The translations under genes were made by a program, and so were the position numbers. A model generated the notes under the pieces. That model was not told the DNA's origin. It saw only the letters and a list, made by a program, of their open reading frames with translations, and ran no database searches. Source: an uncultured Verrucomicrobiae bacterium (lineage in GTDB: Bacteria > Verrucomicrobiota > Verrucomicrobiia > Palsa-1439). Taken from it: a DNA stretch of 64,000 bases. This document shows positions 53,028 through 62,342 of the stretch, in pieces. The stretch spans positions 1 to 64,000 of the forward strand of contig CAWEWF010000009.1 of NCBI GenBank assembly GCA_963812605.1, given 5' to 3'. Position 1 is the first letter of the stretch, and each line of letters begins with the position of its first letter.

Positions 53028-54535
53028 TCCGCCGCCGCGATTACCTGCGGCTAACGACGCAAAAGCTGGCGCTGCGGAAGAAGCGGGCGATCTTTGCCAT
53101 TATTTCCGTCGCGCTCGGCGTGATCGTGGTGGTCACGGCAAATTCTTTGCTGGAAGGCGTGCGCGATGTGGCCGTGAAGACGATTTGGACGGAAGAGATC
53201 GATCCCGACCTGATTCGCGTGTATGCGGGAGATAACCCCTATGAACTGCTCCCGCCGGAAGAGGGGCCGAAACCGAAGGCGAAGAAACGAATCGAGTATT
53301 TGAGTGAAGCGGTGTTCGACGAGATCCGCGGCTGGTCCGGGGTGGAGGCGGCCGACCGGCCCATCGTGGTGCAACCGGTGAGCGTGAACGTGTTCGACAA
53401 GCGTCCACGCGGCGCGAACGAACTCCAGGGGGTGCCCGAGCCGATGTTGTTGCGGTACGTAACCGACCGCGCGCTGGTGACCGCGAATACCAATGCGATC
53501 CCGCTGGTCGTCGGTGAGCGCAACGTGCTGCTCCGTTTCGATGAGAAGCATGGCAAACTCGAGCCCGATCCCGCGGGCAAGCAGGGGTGGCTCGGTCGCG
53601 AAGTCACGATCCTGCTGGGTGACAACTACGCGCGGATCTCCCGATTTCAGTACGATTACAACAAGCGCGAGTTCAAACCATTAAGCGAGGATGAGGTCAC
53701 GTCGCAACACGACGCGATGGAACGCAGCTTCCGTGTGCAGTTCGACACGGCCATCTTCAATACAACACTTGTGCTCAAAGGGCGCATTGCCGGATTTTGT
53801 CCCGGCAGCAAGGTATTCATCCCTCTCGACACGGCGGCGATGTGCGAGAAATGGATCGACCAGCGCAACCGCCTCGCTTCGCGGAATCCTCCGCGCGAGA
53901 CCAGTGAAGTGGTTTATGGCGAGCGGGGCCGCCGCACGCCGAAACCGGGCGAGTACACCGAAGGCGTGGTGCTGGTGAAAAAGGGGGCGGACGTCGAAGC
54001 CATTGCCAAACGCATCGAGGAAATGGGATTTTCCGTCGCGACCCAGGCGCGCACGTTCGAGGAACAGGCGCGGGCGTTCGACAGCAGCATGCGCATTGTG
54101 AAGAAGGTGGCGTTCGCGTTCGGCGGCCTGATTCTCGGGTTGGCGTGCGGGCTGGTCTGGAGCACCACCTCGAAGACGGTTTCCGACAGCCGCGTCGACA
54201 TCGGGCTTTTCCGCGCGCTGGGCGCCACGAAACGCGAGATTCGCCGCCTGTTTCTCGGCGAAGCGATGCTGCAGGGCGTGCTCGGAACGGTGGTGGGAAT
54301 GGTGCTGGGCTGGGCGCTGGCGCTGGTGATCAGCCATTGGGTGATCGGCTTTGCGCGCCGCTCCGTTTATGAACCCGAGGAGGCGCTGCTCATTCCCAAC
54401 TCGATTTTTTCCCTGAATCTTCGGTTTTGCCTCCTGCTCATCGCGGGGGCCGGGTTCGTCTCACTCCTGGCGGGATTGTTACCGGCCAATCGGGCGGCCA
54501 AGGTGGATCCCGTGAAGGCGTTGAAAAGAGAGTAG
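53024..54535 (+). CDS. ABC transporter permease (MacB/FtsX type)
   Basis: N-terminal TM, large periplasmic domain, IGLFRALGA..REIRRLFLGEA, PANRAAKVDPVKALK. Confidence 0.9.
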   Translation: MIRRRDYLRLTTQKLALRKKRAIFAIISVALGVIVVVTANSLLEGVRDVAVKTIWTEEIDPDLIRVYAGDNPYELLPPEEGPKPKAKKRIEYLSEAVFDEIRGWSGVEAADRPIVVQPVSVNVFDKRPRGANELQGVPEPMLLRYVTDRALVTANTNAIPLVVGERNVLLRFDEKHGKLEPDPAGKQGWLGREVTILLGDNYARISRFQYDYNKREFKPLSEDEVTSQHDAMERSFRVQFDTAIFNTTLVLKGRIAGFCPGSKVFIPLDTAAMCEKWIDQRNRLASRNPPRETSEVVYGERGRRTPKPGEYTEGVVLVKKGADVEAIAKRIEEMGFSVATQARTFEEQARAFDSSMRIVKKVAFAFGGLILGLACGLVWSTTSKTVSDSRVDIGLFRALGATKREIRRLFLGEAMLQGVLGTVVGMVLGWALALVISHWVIGFARRSVYEPEEALLIPNSIFSLNLRFCLLLIAGAGFVSLLAGLLPANRAAKVDPVKALKRE

Positions 54536-54548
54536 GCGAAAGTGCGGG

Positions 54549-56555
54549 CTAGACGCGGATGGGGAGCAGGACAAAAGGAAAACCGGCGTGGTAGAAGCGT
54601 TTTTGGATGGCGAAGACGGTATAGTTGTGGAGCCAACGAGAGGCAAACGTATCTTTCGGGAAAACGAGCTGGCCGCCGAAGAATACGCAATTGGGGAATT
54701 TCGCGGCGATCTTTGGGGCGATATGATCCAGTTCTTCCACGACATCCGTGCCGAGCCCGTAAAAGCCCTCGGCATAATGGCCGTGCTCACGCATGTAGTC
54801 GACATAGTGTTCGAGTTCGTCGAGCACGTGGCTGCGAAGACGATCGATTTCGTCGGAACCCTTGAAGTTACCGGCATCGATGATTCCCACCTGCACGAAG
54901 ACGAAGTTTTTGAAGACGCCCCCGAACACGCGCATGACCCCCAGGAGCGTGTGCAGTCCGAGGCCGTTGTAGCCGCTAACGAGAATGACAGCGGTCTTGG
55001 CTTTCGGGTTGCAGACGGGGTCGGGCTTGGCTTCCACCGGCTCGTCCATACCCGTATCGATGGCGGCGACCTTGACGAGATCATTGAGCCGGCGGAGCAA
55101 ACGGCCCGTATAACGATAGTGGCGATGAATCAACAAGGAGATAATCACCAGGCCGGCGGTCAGCAGGATGGTGATCCAGCCGCCTTCCCAAAATTTGAGG
55201 GAGGTCATCACGACCAGGATCGTGCTGCAAAGAAGCAGGCCGAGGCCATTGATGAAAAGCTTCTTGCGGCGATGCTCGATGACTTTTTCCGCGGTCCACC
55301 AGTGGCGCACCATCCCCAGTTGCGAGAGCGCGAAGGTAATGAACACATTGATACTGTAGAGCACCACCAGGATCTGTACCCGGCCGGCCGACAACCACAT
55401 AACCAGGAACGCGGCGAGGCCCATGAGCAGGATGCCATTCTGCGTGACGAGCCGATCGCTCAGCGTGGCGAATTTCGTCGGCATCCAACGGTCGAGCGCC
55501 ATGCTGGAGAGAACGCGCGGGCCATCGAGGAAGCCGGCCTGCGCGGCGACAAACAGGAGGAGCGCCTCGGAGATCAGGGTTATCAACACAAACCAGCGCG
55601 CGCCACTGCCCCAGTGGGCGGTGAGGTTCTCAAAGAGCACCGCATTGAGGGTCTTTCGCGGGTCGTAGGTAACATGCAGGAAGAGATAGGCGAACATCAA
55701 TCCCGTGGCGGTGAACGCCAGCGAGATGGCCATGTAATGCATCGTCCGTTTGCCCGTCTGTACTTTCGGTTCGCGTAGAATGGGCAGGCCATTACTGACC
55801 GCCTCGATTCCGGTGTAGGTGCCGGCGCCCATGCTGTACGCGCGCAACATTAATAACATCGTCCCCATCAGCCCGAGTTCGGCGTGCGCCTGTCGGACAT
55901 TATCCATTGTTGTGGTCAAGACCTGGCCGAACTCGCCCGCGTGTACGACCAGCGCGTAGACGATCACGAAGGCATGGGTGATTACGAAGACCATGAACAC
56001 CGGCACGAGCGCCACTACCGACTCTTTCACACCGCGCAAATTCAGCAGGGTCAGCGCCAACACGCCAAGAATGGCAAAGGCCAGCTTATGTGGCAGCCAC
56101 GTCTCGGGTAGAAAACTAAATAGGGCATCCGCGCCGCTGGCGATCGAGATCGTGATCGTCAACACGTAGTCAATGAGCAGCGCGCAACCGGAAATCATGC
56201 CAACGGTGGGCGAGAGCAGTTTGCTCGCAACGAGATAACCACCGCCGCCCGTTGGGAACAATTCAATGATCTGCGAGTAGCTCGTGCTGATAATGAAGAC
56301 GGTCAGCGCTGACGCCAGGCCGACGAAAATGCTCAGGTAGGGATGCGAGCCCAGCGCCAGGAACGCCTCTTGCGGGCCGTAGCAGGACGACGACAACCCG
56401 TCGGCGCCCAGTCCGACCCACGCGAGAAAAGCGATCAGCGAGAGCTTGTGAAAGACAGAACGATCATGCGGGCTGAGCGAACGGCCGATGACCAGGTCCT
56501 TGACCCGCTTTGGTAATGTCGTCCCCGAGGGATCTATTCTTTTCTCATCCGCCAT
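54549..56555 (-). CDS. APC-family permease, KimA/YdaO-like K+ transporter (copy 2)
   Basis: ADGLSSSCYG, FPTGGGGYLVA, LLIDYVLT, TGIEAVSNG, cytoplasmic C-terminal domain. Confidence 0.85.
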   Translation of the reverse strand: MADEKRIDPSGTTLPKRVKDLVIGRSLSPHDRSVFHKLSLIAFLAWVGLGADGLSSSCYGPQEAFLALGSHPYLSIFVGLASALTVFIISTSYSQIIELFPTGGGGYLVASKLLSPTVGMISGCALLIDYVLTITISIASGADALFSFLPETWLPHKLAFAILGVLALTLLNLRGVKESVVALVPVFMVFVITHAFVIVYALVVHAGEFGQVLTTTMDNVRQAHAELGLMGTMLLMLRAYSMGAGTYTGIEAVSNGLPILREPKVQTGKRTMHYMAISLAFTATGLMFAYLFLHVTYDPRKTLNAVLFENLTAHWGSGARWFVLITLISEALLLFVAAQAGFLDGPRVLSSMALDRWMPTKFATLSDRLVTQNGILLMGLAAFLVMWLSAGRVQILVVLYSINVFITFALSQLGMVRHWWTAEKVIEHRRKKLFINGLGLLLCSTILVVMTSLKFWEGGWITILLTAGLVIISLLIHRHYRYTGRLLRRLNDLVKVAAIDTGMDEPVEAKPDPVCNPKAKTAVILVSGYNGLGLHTLLGVMRVFGGVFKNFVFVQVGIIDAGNFKGSDEIDRLRSHVLDELEHYVDYMREHGHYAEGFYGLGTDVVEELDHIAPKIAAKFPNCVFFGGQLVFPKDTFASRWLHNYTVFAIQKRFYHAGFPFVLLPIRV

Positions 56556-56642
56556 TTGGCAACCCAATGACTCACCTAAGCCCGCCAGACTAGCGAATTG
56601 GCATCAAAACACAAGCGCCACTTACGGCTGGTCCGGGGTGAC

Positions 56643-58679
56643 TCACGCGGCGGCTGGAGACGGTGTGATGTTCTGTTTGCGGAACAGGCGGATCGGCAAG
56701 ACGACAATGGGCACTCCCGCGAAGCGCAGCCGCCGTTGGATGGCGAACGCCGTCTCGTTGTGCAGGATGCGGTCGAACCATTTGGGTTCATCGAAGACGA
56801 CTTCACCCGCAAAGAAAACGGCCCGTGGATATTTCCTGGCCAGTTCGACGCAAACTTCGGAAACCTCCTGGACAACGTCCGTGCCGATGCGATAGGCCGA
56901 CTGCGCGGGGATTCCGAGACGATTGGCCATTTCCACGTAGCGGTCCAGGGACGTTTGGGTTCGCTCCGCGAGTTCTTCCACGTGGCTGCCCTCCTTGAAG
57001 AAGTCGGAGTTGGGCACGCCGACGGAGATGAAAATCACATTGGTGAACGACTGCGGAAAGATCCGAAACACATTGAGCAGGCAATGGACGCCCAGCCTCG
57101 CGAAGCCGCCGACGAGAATGACGGCCGTCGGTTTCTTCGGGTCGAACGGCGGCGTGATTTTGGAGGGATCGCTCGGGATGTCCTCCAGGGAGGATTCTAC
57201 CTGGCGCAGCCGTTGCGTGAAGGCCCGGTAGTGGCGGCGAATGGCAAAACATCCGGCGATGCACAGACAGGTGATCACCAGGGTAATCCAGCCACCCTCA
57301 CGGATTTTCATGGTGAGCATGACGATCAGGATGGAAAGGCACAGCACCAAACCGGTGGCGTGCACGCCCAGATGCTGCAACCATTTTTTGTCGGTCTTGC
57401 GATGTCGGACCCAGAAACGCACCATGCCGAATTCGGAAAGTGAAAAGGTGGCGAAGACATTGATGCTATACATGACCACCAGAATATGAATATCGCCGCG
57501 CGTGTAAGCCAGGGCCGCCGCCGCCGCCACGCCCATCAGGAGGACGCCGTTTTGGCTGGTCAATCGGTCGGACAAAGCGGCAAACCGGCGCGGCAGCCAG
57601 GAATCGATCGCCATGTTGGCCATCACGCGCGGGCCATCAATAAAACCTGTTTGCGCCGCCACCAGCAGGAGCACGGCCTCCGAGAAGATCGTTATTCCCA
57701 CGAACCACAACCCGAGCGGGACGGAGCCGACCTTGAACGAGCCAGCAAAGCGTTCCGCGAGCACGGTGTTGAGCGTCTTGCCTTCCACGGGCGACACACG
57801 AAAGAGCATATAACAGAACAGCAACCCGGCCGCCGTCGCGGCCAGCGAAATCGCCATGTACCGCATCGTTCGTTTGCCGGTTTCCACCTTCGGCTCACGC
57901 ATGATTGCCAGCCCGTTCGAGACCGCTTCGATCCCCGTGTACGTACCGCCGCCGATCGAATACGCGCGGAGAAACAGAATGAACATCCCCCACATTCCCA
58001 ATTGGCTTAAGCCCTGGCCGAAGCCGTTGCTGACTTCGTGGGCCACGGCTGGAAGATCGCGGCTATGGAGAAGAAAGCCGCCAAAGATCAAGATAATATG
58101 GGTTGCGACAAAAGTCAGAAAAATCGGCACCAGGATGGACACTGATTCTTTGACGCCGCGCATGTTCATTAACACCAGAAACAGGATCGCCGTGAACTCC
58201 AGCGGCAGCTTGAAGTACTGTAAAGAAATCGGCAACAAGCTGAACAGCGCATCCGCGCCGCCCGCGATGGAAACCGTGATTGTCAGGACATAATCCACCA
58301 GCAGGGCGCAGCCCGAGACCACGCCGGCCGAAGAGCCAAGTAATTCGGTTGCCACGACATAACCGCCGCCGCCCCCGGGAAAGTGCTCGATGATGCGACT
58401 GTAAGCGTAAGAGATGATGAACACGGTTGCCGCGGTGGCCAGCGCCAACAGCACGGCGAGATACAAGTGACTTCCCAGGGCGCGAAAAGCCTCTTCGGGT
58501 CCATAGGCCGAGGAAGACAATCCGTCAGCGCCCAGGCCGACCCAGGCCAGAAAAGCAATCAGTGAAATCTTGTGCCCAAGTGACGGGTCGTGAAGGTCGC
58601 GCGGCGCGCCAAACAATACTCGCTTCAACCGCGACCGCATGAGGCGCGGCAGTCTCGGCTCGGAGACCGAGTTATCCAT
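56643..58679 (-). CDS. APC-family permease, KimA/YdaO-like K+ transporter (copy 1)
   Basis: ADGLSSSAYG, FPGGGGGYVVA, LLVDYVLT, TGIEAVSNG, LHNETA. Confidence 0.85.
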   Translation of the reverse strand: MDNSVSEPRLPRLMRSRLKRVLFGAPRDLHDPSLGHKISLIAFLAWVGLGADGLSSSAYGPEEAFRALGSHLYLAVLLALATAATVFIISYAYSRIIEHFPGGGGGYVVATELLGSSAGVVSGCALLVDYVLTITVSIAGGADALFSLLPISLQYFKLPLEFTAILFLVLMNMRGVKESVSILVPIFLTFVATHIILIFGGFLLHSRDLPAVAHEVSNGFGQGLSQLGMWGMFILFLRAYSIGGGTYTGIEAVSNGLAIMREPKVETGKRTMRYMAISLAATAAGLLFCYMLFRVSPVEGKTLNTVLAERFAGSFKVGSVPLGLWFVGITIFSEAVLLLVAAQTGFIDGPRVMANMAIDSWLPRRFAALSDRLTSQNGVLLMGVAAAAALAYTRGDIHILVVMYSINVFATFSLSEFGMVRFWVRHRKTDKKWLQHLGVHATGLVLCLSILIVMLTMKIREGGWITLVITCLCIAGCFAIRRHYRAFTQRLRQVESSLEDIPSDPSKITPPFDPKKPTAVILVGGFARLGVHCLLNVFRIFPQSFTNVIFISVGVPNSDFFKEGSHVEELAERTQTSLDRYVEMANRLGIPAQSAYRIGTDVVQEVSEVCVELARKYPRAVFFAGEVVFDEPKWFDRILHNETAFAIQRRLRFAGVPIVVLPIRLFRKQNITPSPAAA

Positions 58680-58694
58680 GGTGCAATTCAAGTT

Positions 58695-58836
58695 TCCTCT
58701 CTATCGGCCTACGAGGTTAGCTGACGGGCTCAGGCTGAGAAGAACAGGCTCGCCTGTTCCGGTTCAATGACCGGAATTCGCCCCGAACAACCTGGGTCCC
58801 CCGTTCCGTGCGACGTACACGGATTCGGCAATGAGC
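58695..58836 (-). ncRNA. c-di-AMP (ydaO/yuaA) riboswitch
   Basis: Minus strand reads GCCGAATCC-stem-GGAACGGGGGACCCA...GGGGCGAAT...GAGCCCGTCAGCTAACCTCGTAGGC..GAGAGG, matching the ydaO consensus, directly upstream of a kimA-like gene. Confidence 0.93.
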
Positions 58837-58841
58837 GCGAA

Positions 58842-58869
58842 AGTTTAACACAGCGCGCACTCGAGTCAA
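58842..58869 (-). promoter_or_regulatory. Sigma70-type promoter for the riboswitch-kimA transcript
   Basis: TTGACT-N16-TAAACT with an extended TG, immediately before the aptamer. Confidence 0.55.
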
Positions 58870-58943
58870 TGCAAGCAAATGCTTATCGCCCAGTGGATTG
58901 CAGCAGATGGAACCTCGCCAGGCGCTCCGGCCAGGCGAAGCGT

Positions 58944-59285
<342 letters not shown>

Positions 59286-60635
59286 TTATTCGCCTCCGGG
59301 TGTTCGCCGCGTCAGGCCGCTGGTGAATCCGCTGGTGTGGGGACTCACGAGTTGGAAATCCGGGTAGCCGACCAGCCCGGTTTCGGGAATATCCAAACCT
59401 TCCAACTCGATCTCGGGCGCAACGCGCATCGGGATGAATTTCTCGGCAAGTTTTAGAAAGATCCAGGAGAACCCGCCCGCCCACAGCAGTAGTACGAGGC
59501 AACCAAGAGTCTGGACGCCGAGTTGACCCCAATTGCCGTGCAGGCACCCTTTCACCGAGTCACTGTTGCAGAAAATGCCCACGGCCAAAACTCCCCATAA
59601 TCCACCGAGGCCATGCACCGAAATGGCCCCTACGGGATCATCGATGTGCCAGCGGTCGAAAAATTGGACGGACACGCAAACGAGTAACCCCGCGATAACG
59701 CTGGTGATCACGGCGGCGGTGGGACTGATGTACGCGACGGAAGCCGAACTCGCCACAAGTCCTGCGAGCAAACCGTTCAAGGTGATTGTCGGATCGGGTT
59801 TGCGAGTGGTCATAATCATGTAGGTGGCGGCGGTGACGGCCCCACTGGCCCCGGCGAGGATTGTCACCGTGGCAATCGACGCGGCGGATTCGGGCCCGCG
59901 GGCTGCATTGAACCCCAGCCAGCCGACAGCGAGCAGGAAACTCCCGAGCAACGACAAGGGAATATTGTGCGCGGTAATTGGCACCACGCCACCGCCCCTA
60001 TTGTAACGACCGATACGCGGTCCCAAGACCAGTGCTCCGGCGAGCGCGAAGAGGCCGCCCACGGCATGAACAACGCCCGAGCCGGCAAAATCCACATAGC
60101 CCAATCGCGCCAACCAACCACCTTGCCACGCCCACAGGGCAAAGAGTGGGAACAACAGCAAGGACATGAACGAGGTGCAAAGATAAAAATTCTTCAGACT
60201 CCAGCGCTCCGCCAGCGCCCCGACCGGGATGCTGGCGGTTACGCACAATAGCGCGGCCTTCTCGAAAAATGGTCCATACTTGTCCGGCTCGCTGCCAAGG
60301 TGGCGGAGGAGGAACCCGCTGCCGCCGCGCATCACGGCAAACCCGCCGGCCCAAAAGGCGACAATCGCAATCGCGCAACCAAAAAAGGTCATAAAGACGG
60401 TTTGAGAGGCATTTTTGGCACGCGTCAGGCCGGTCGCGAGCATCGCCAGACCAGCCGGCATGAGAAAGACGAGGGAACCCGTGAAGAATTGCCAGAGCAT
60501 AAACGGATATTCCACCGTCGGCGGTTCAATAGCAACCTCAACTACTTGGGCGGTCGGCCCCGGCAGGACACCGTTAGGCGTCACTGCCAGGGCCAGAATG
60601 CCAAACGTCCTGGAGGCATGGCTTCTCAGGCGCAT
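59286..60635 (-). CDS. amt: Ammonium transporter family protein (divergent)
   Basis: GL.RAKN, GALAER, DFAGSGVVH, LGPR.GRY, GWLGFN, NGLLAGLV, IDDPVGAISVHG, E.EGLD. Confidence 0.9.
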   Translation of the reverse strand: MRLRSHASRTFGILALAVTPNGVLPGPTAQVVEVAIEPPTVEYPFMLWQFFTGSLVFLMPAGLAMLATGLTRAKNASQTVFMTFFGCAIAIVAFWAGGFAVMRGGSGFLLRHLGSEPDKYGPFFEKAALLCVTASIPVGALAERWSLKNFYLCTSFMSLLLFPLFALWAWQGGWLARLGYVDFAGSGVVHAVGGLFALAGALVLGPRIGRYNRGGGVVPITAHNIPLSLLGSFLLAVGWLGFNAARGPESAASIATVTILAGASGAVTAATYMIMTTRKPDPTITLNGLLAGLVASSASVAYISPTAAVITSVIAGLLVCVSVQFFDRWHIDDPVGAISVHGLGGLWGVLAVGIFCNSDSVKGCLHGNWGQLGVQTLGCLVLLLWAGGFSWIFLKLAEKFIPMRVAPEIELEGLDIPETGLVGYPDFQLVSPHTSGFTSGLTRRTPGGE

Positions 60636-60662
60636 ACCTGTTGACGACGTTTCCGCCTGCGA

Positions 60663-61964
60663 TCAGAACAGATAGGCTACGCCCATGCCCAGCGTGAACT
60701 GGTCGCGACAGGTGTTGAACGCATCCTTGTCCGAGTGATCCCAGCGAAGCTCGGGACGAATCTGCACGTTGTCTATTGGCTTGTAGTTGAGTGTCAACGT
60801 GGAACTGTATAGTTCTGGGGTGACGCCCACGGGCAGACCGAAGGTGGCGCCGCTTCGACTGCCATTTCTGTCCTTCAGGTAATCCTGGCGGAAGGCCAGT
60901 TCAATCTTGTCGGTGAAGTCATACGTCAACCAGAGGCCGGCGGCATACCATTCCGAATCCTCCTGCGTGACACCGTCGGAAAGAAAGGCATCGTCTTCGT
61001 GGCCGTAGTCAACCTGGAGGTTGCTGTTGAGCTTGTCGGTGAACTTGTGGGTCGCGATCAATTCTACACCCTCGCGCCAGTTTGCACTTGAGCCGAGGCC
61101 ACCCAGGGACGTGGTCGTTTGTTCGGGGCCGCCATAACCCAGGACAGCAAAGGTGGTATTGGAATCCAACGCATATCCGATACGACCCATGTACGACATC
61201 GCTGTGTTATTGTCGGGTAGCGCATCCCAGCCGTTGAAGACGACAAACTCGGTGTCGATTTTATCATTCCACTGGTAGGCCAACTGGACACCGGTCTGCG
61301 TGAAGTTCTCCACGAAGAGGAATTGATTGCCTTCCGACCAGTTCGGGTTGGCGACCTCCTCGATGACTTCCACGCCCATGAGGGTGACCGTCTTGCCGAC
61401 AATGACCTTCACCCCATTGCCGACCGGAACATTGATGTCGACGAACGCCTGCTCCAGGTCCCCGTCCGTTCCCAGGTTAAACGTCCCGCCGTGGGGACTG
61501 GCGGAGTGGATTACCGCCGCGTCTTCACCAAAAATCAAGTCCGCGCGGTAACCGACAACCCAGTTGGTCGGGTTGTAGGAGATGGGTTTCTCCAACGCCA
61601 GTTTGAATTTATTCACCGCGAACTGGTTGGCATGTGTGTCAAACGTTCGTCCGGCGACAGTCCGCGTGCCATGGGTATCGTTGAAGTCATACAGATAGGA
61701 CGCCGACGCGAAGCCGCTGATCTCGGTCTGACCGAGAAAGTCCAGCGACTTCTGCGGGATGTCCGACTTGGCAACGTAGACACCCGTCGTGCTGCTGCCT
61801 TCCAGCGCCGAAACCCGCTTCTCCAAGTCGTCGGTTTTTTTCTTTTGTTCCTCATAGAGAGTTTTGTAGTCCGCGTCGTCCGCGTGGACAACCGGAACGG
61901 CTCTCATGATCAGCACTACCGCAGCAATGCCGATCCACACGGCCTTACATTGTTTGGTCCTCAC
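60663..61964 (-). CDS. Outer-membrane beta-barrel porin (putative porin-2/DUF1597-like)
   Basis: Signal peptide, short coiled coil, alternating beta strands, GK..T..GVEVIE...NPNWS, RPELRWD, C-terminal Phe; GGAGG RBS. Confidence 0.82.
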   Translation of the reverse strand: MRTKQCKAVWIGIAAVVLIMRAVPVVHADDADYKTLYEEQKKKTDDLEKRVSALEGSSTTGVYVAKSDIPQKSLDFLGQTEISGFASASYLYDFNDTHGTRTVAGRTFDTHANQFAVNKFKLALEKPISYNPTNWVVGYRADLIFGEDAAVIHSASPHGGTFNLGTDGDLEQAFVDINVPVGNGVKVIVGKTVTLMGVEVIEEVANPNWSEGNQFLFVENFTQTGVQLAYQWNDKIDTEFVVFNGWDALPDNNTAMSYMGRIGYALDSNTTFAVLGYGGPEQTTTSLGGLGSSANWREGVELIATHKFTDKLNSNLQVDYGHEDDAFLSDGVTQEDSEWYAAGLWLTYDFTDKIELAFRQDYLKDRNGSRSGATFGLPVGVTPELYSSTLTLNYKPIDNVQIRPELRWDHSDKDAFNTCRDQFTLGMGVAYLF

Positions 61965-62208
61965 CTTGCATCTCCTCCGTTTATTGGGTTAGTACGTTGG
62001 TCTTCTGCGTCTTCGCTGGCTACTCCAAGGCTACGCGGTCCGATGATGTATTGATCGTCATCCGTAGCACCGAGGCATACCCCTCAACAACCCGTCGCGA
62101 TAGGAGACGGGGATTCCAGACAGCGATTGTGATTGCGCCAAAACATGGGCGAAAAACACAGGAACACGACGCCGCTGCGGGAAACAAGCCTCGCATGATT
62201 TGTCTGAT

Positions 62209-62224
62209 TGCAGGCCGTATGCCA
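62209..62224 (-). promoter_or_regulatory. Sigma54 -24/-12 promoter for porin-amt-glnK
   Basis: Minus strand TGGCATACGGCCTGCA (GG-N10-GC). Confidence 0.65.
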
Positions 62225-62312
62225 TGTGTTTCAGCGAAATACATAACCAGCTTTTTCACAAACGCTTACGACGATTTGACGGCTCCCATTCATCCTCGCA
62301 TCCGGCTGGTTG

Positions 62313-62329
62313 TTGACCAGCGTGGTCAA
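62313..62329. promoter_or_regulatory. Candidate NtrC-like enhancer site
   Basis: Perfect palindrome TTGACCA-GCG-TGGTCAA about 90 bp upstream of the -24 box. Confidence 0.5.
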
Positions 62330-62342
62330 ATAATAACAGCCT

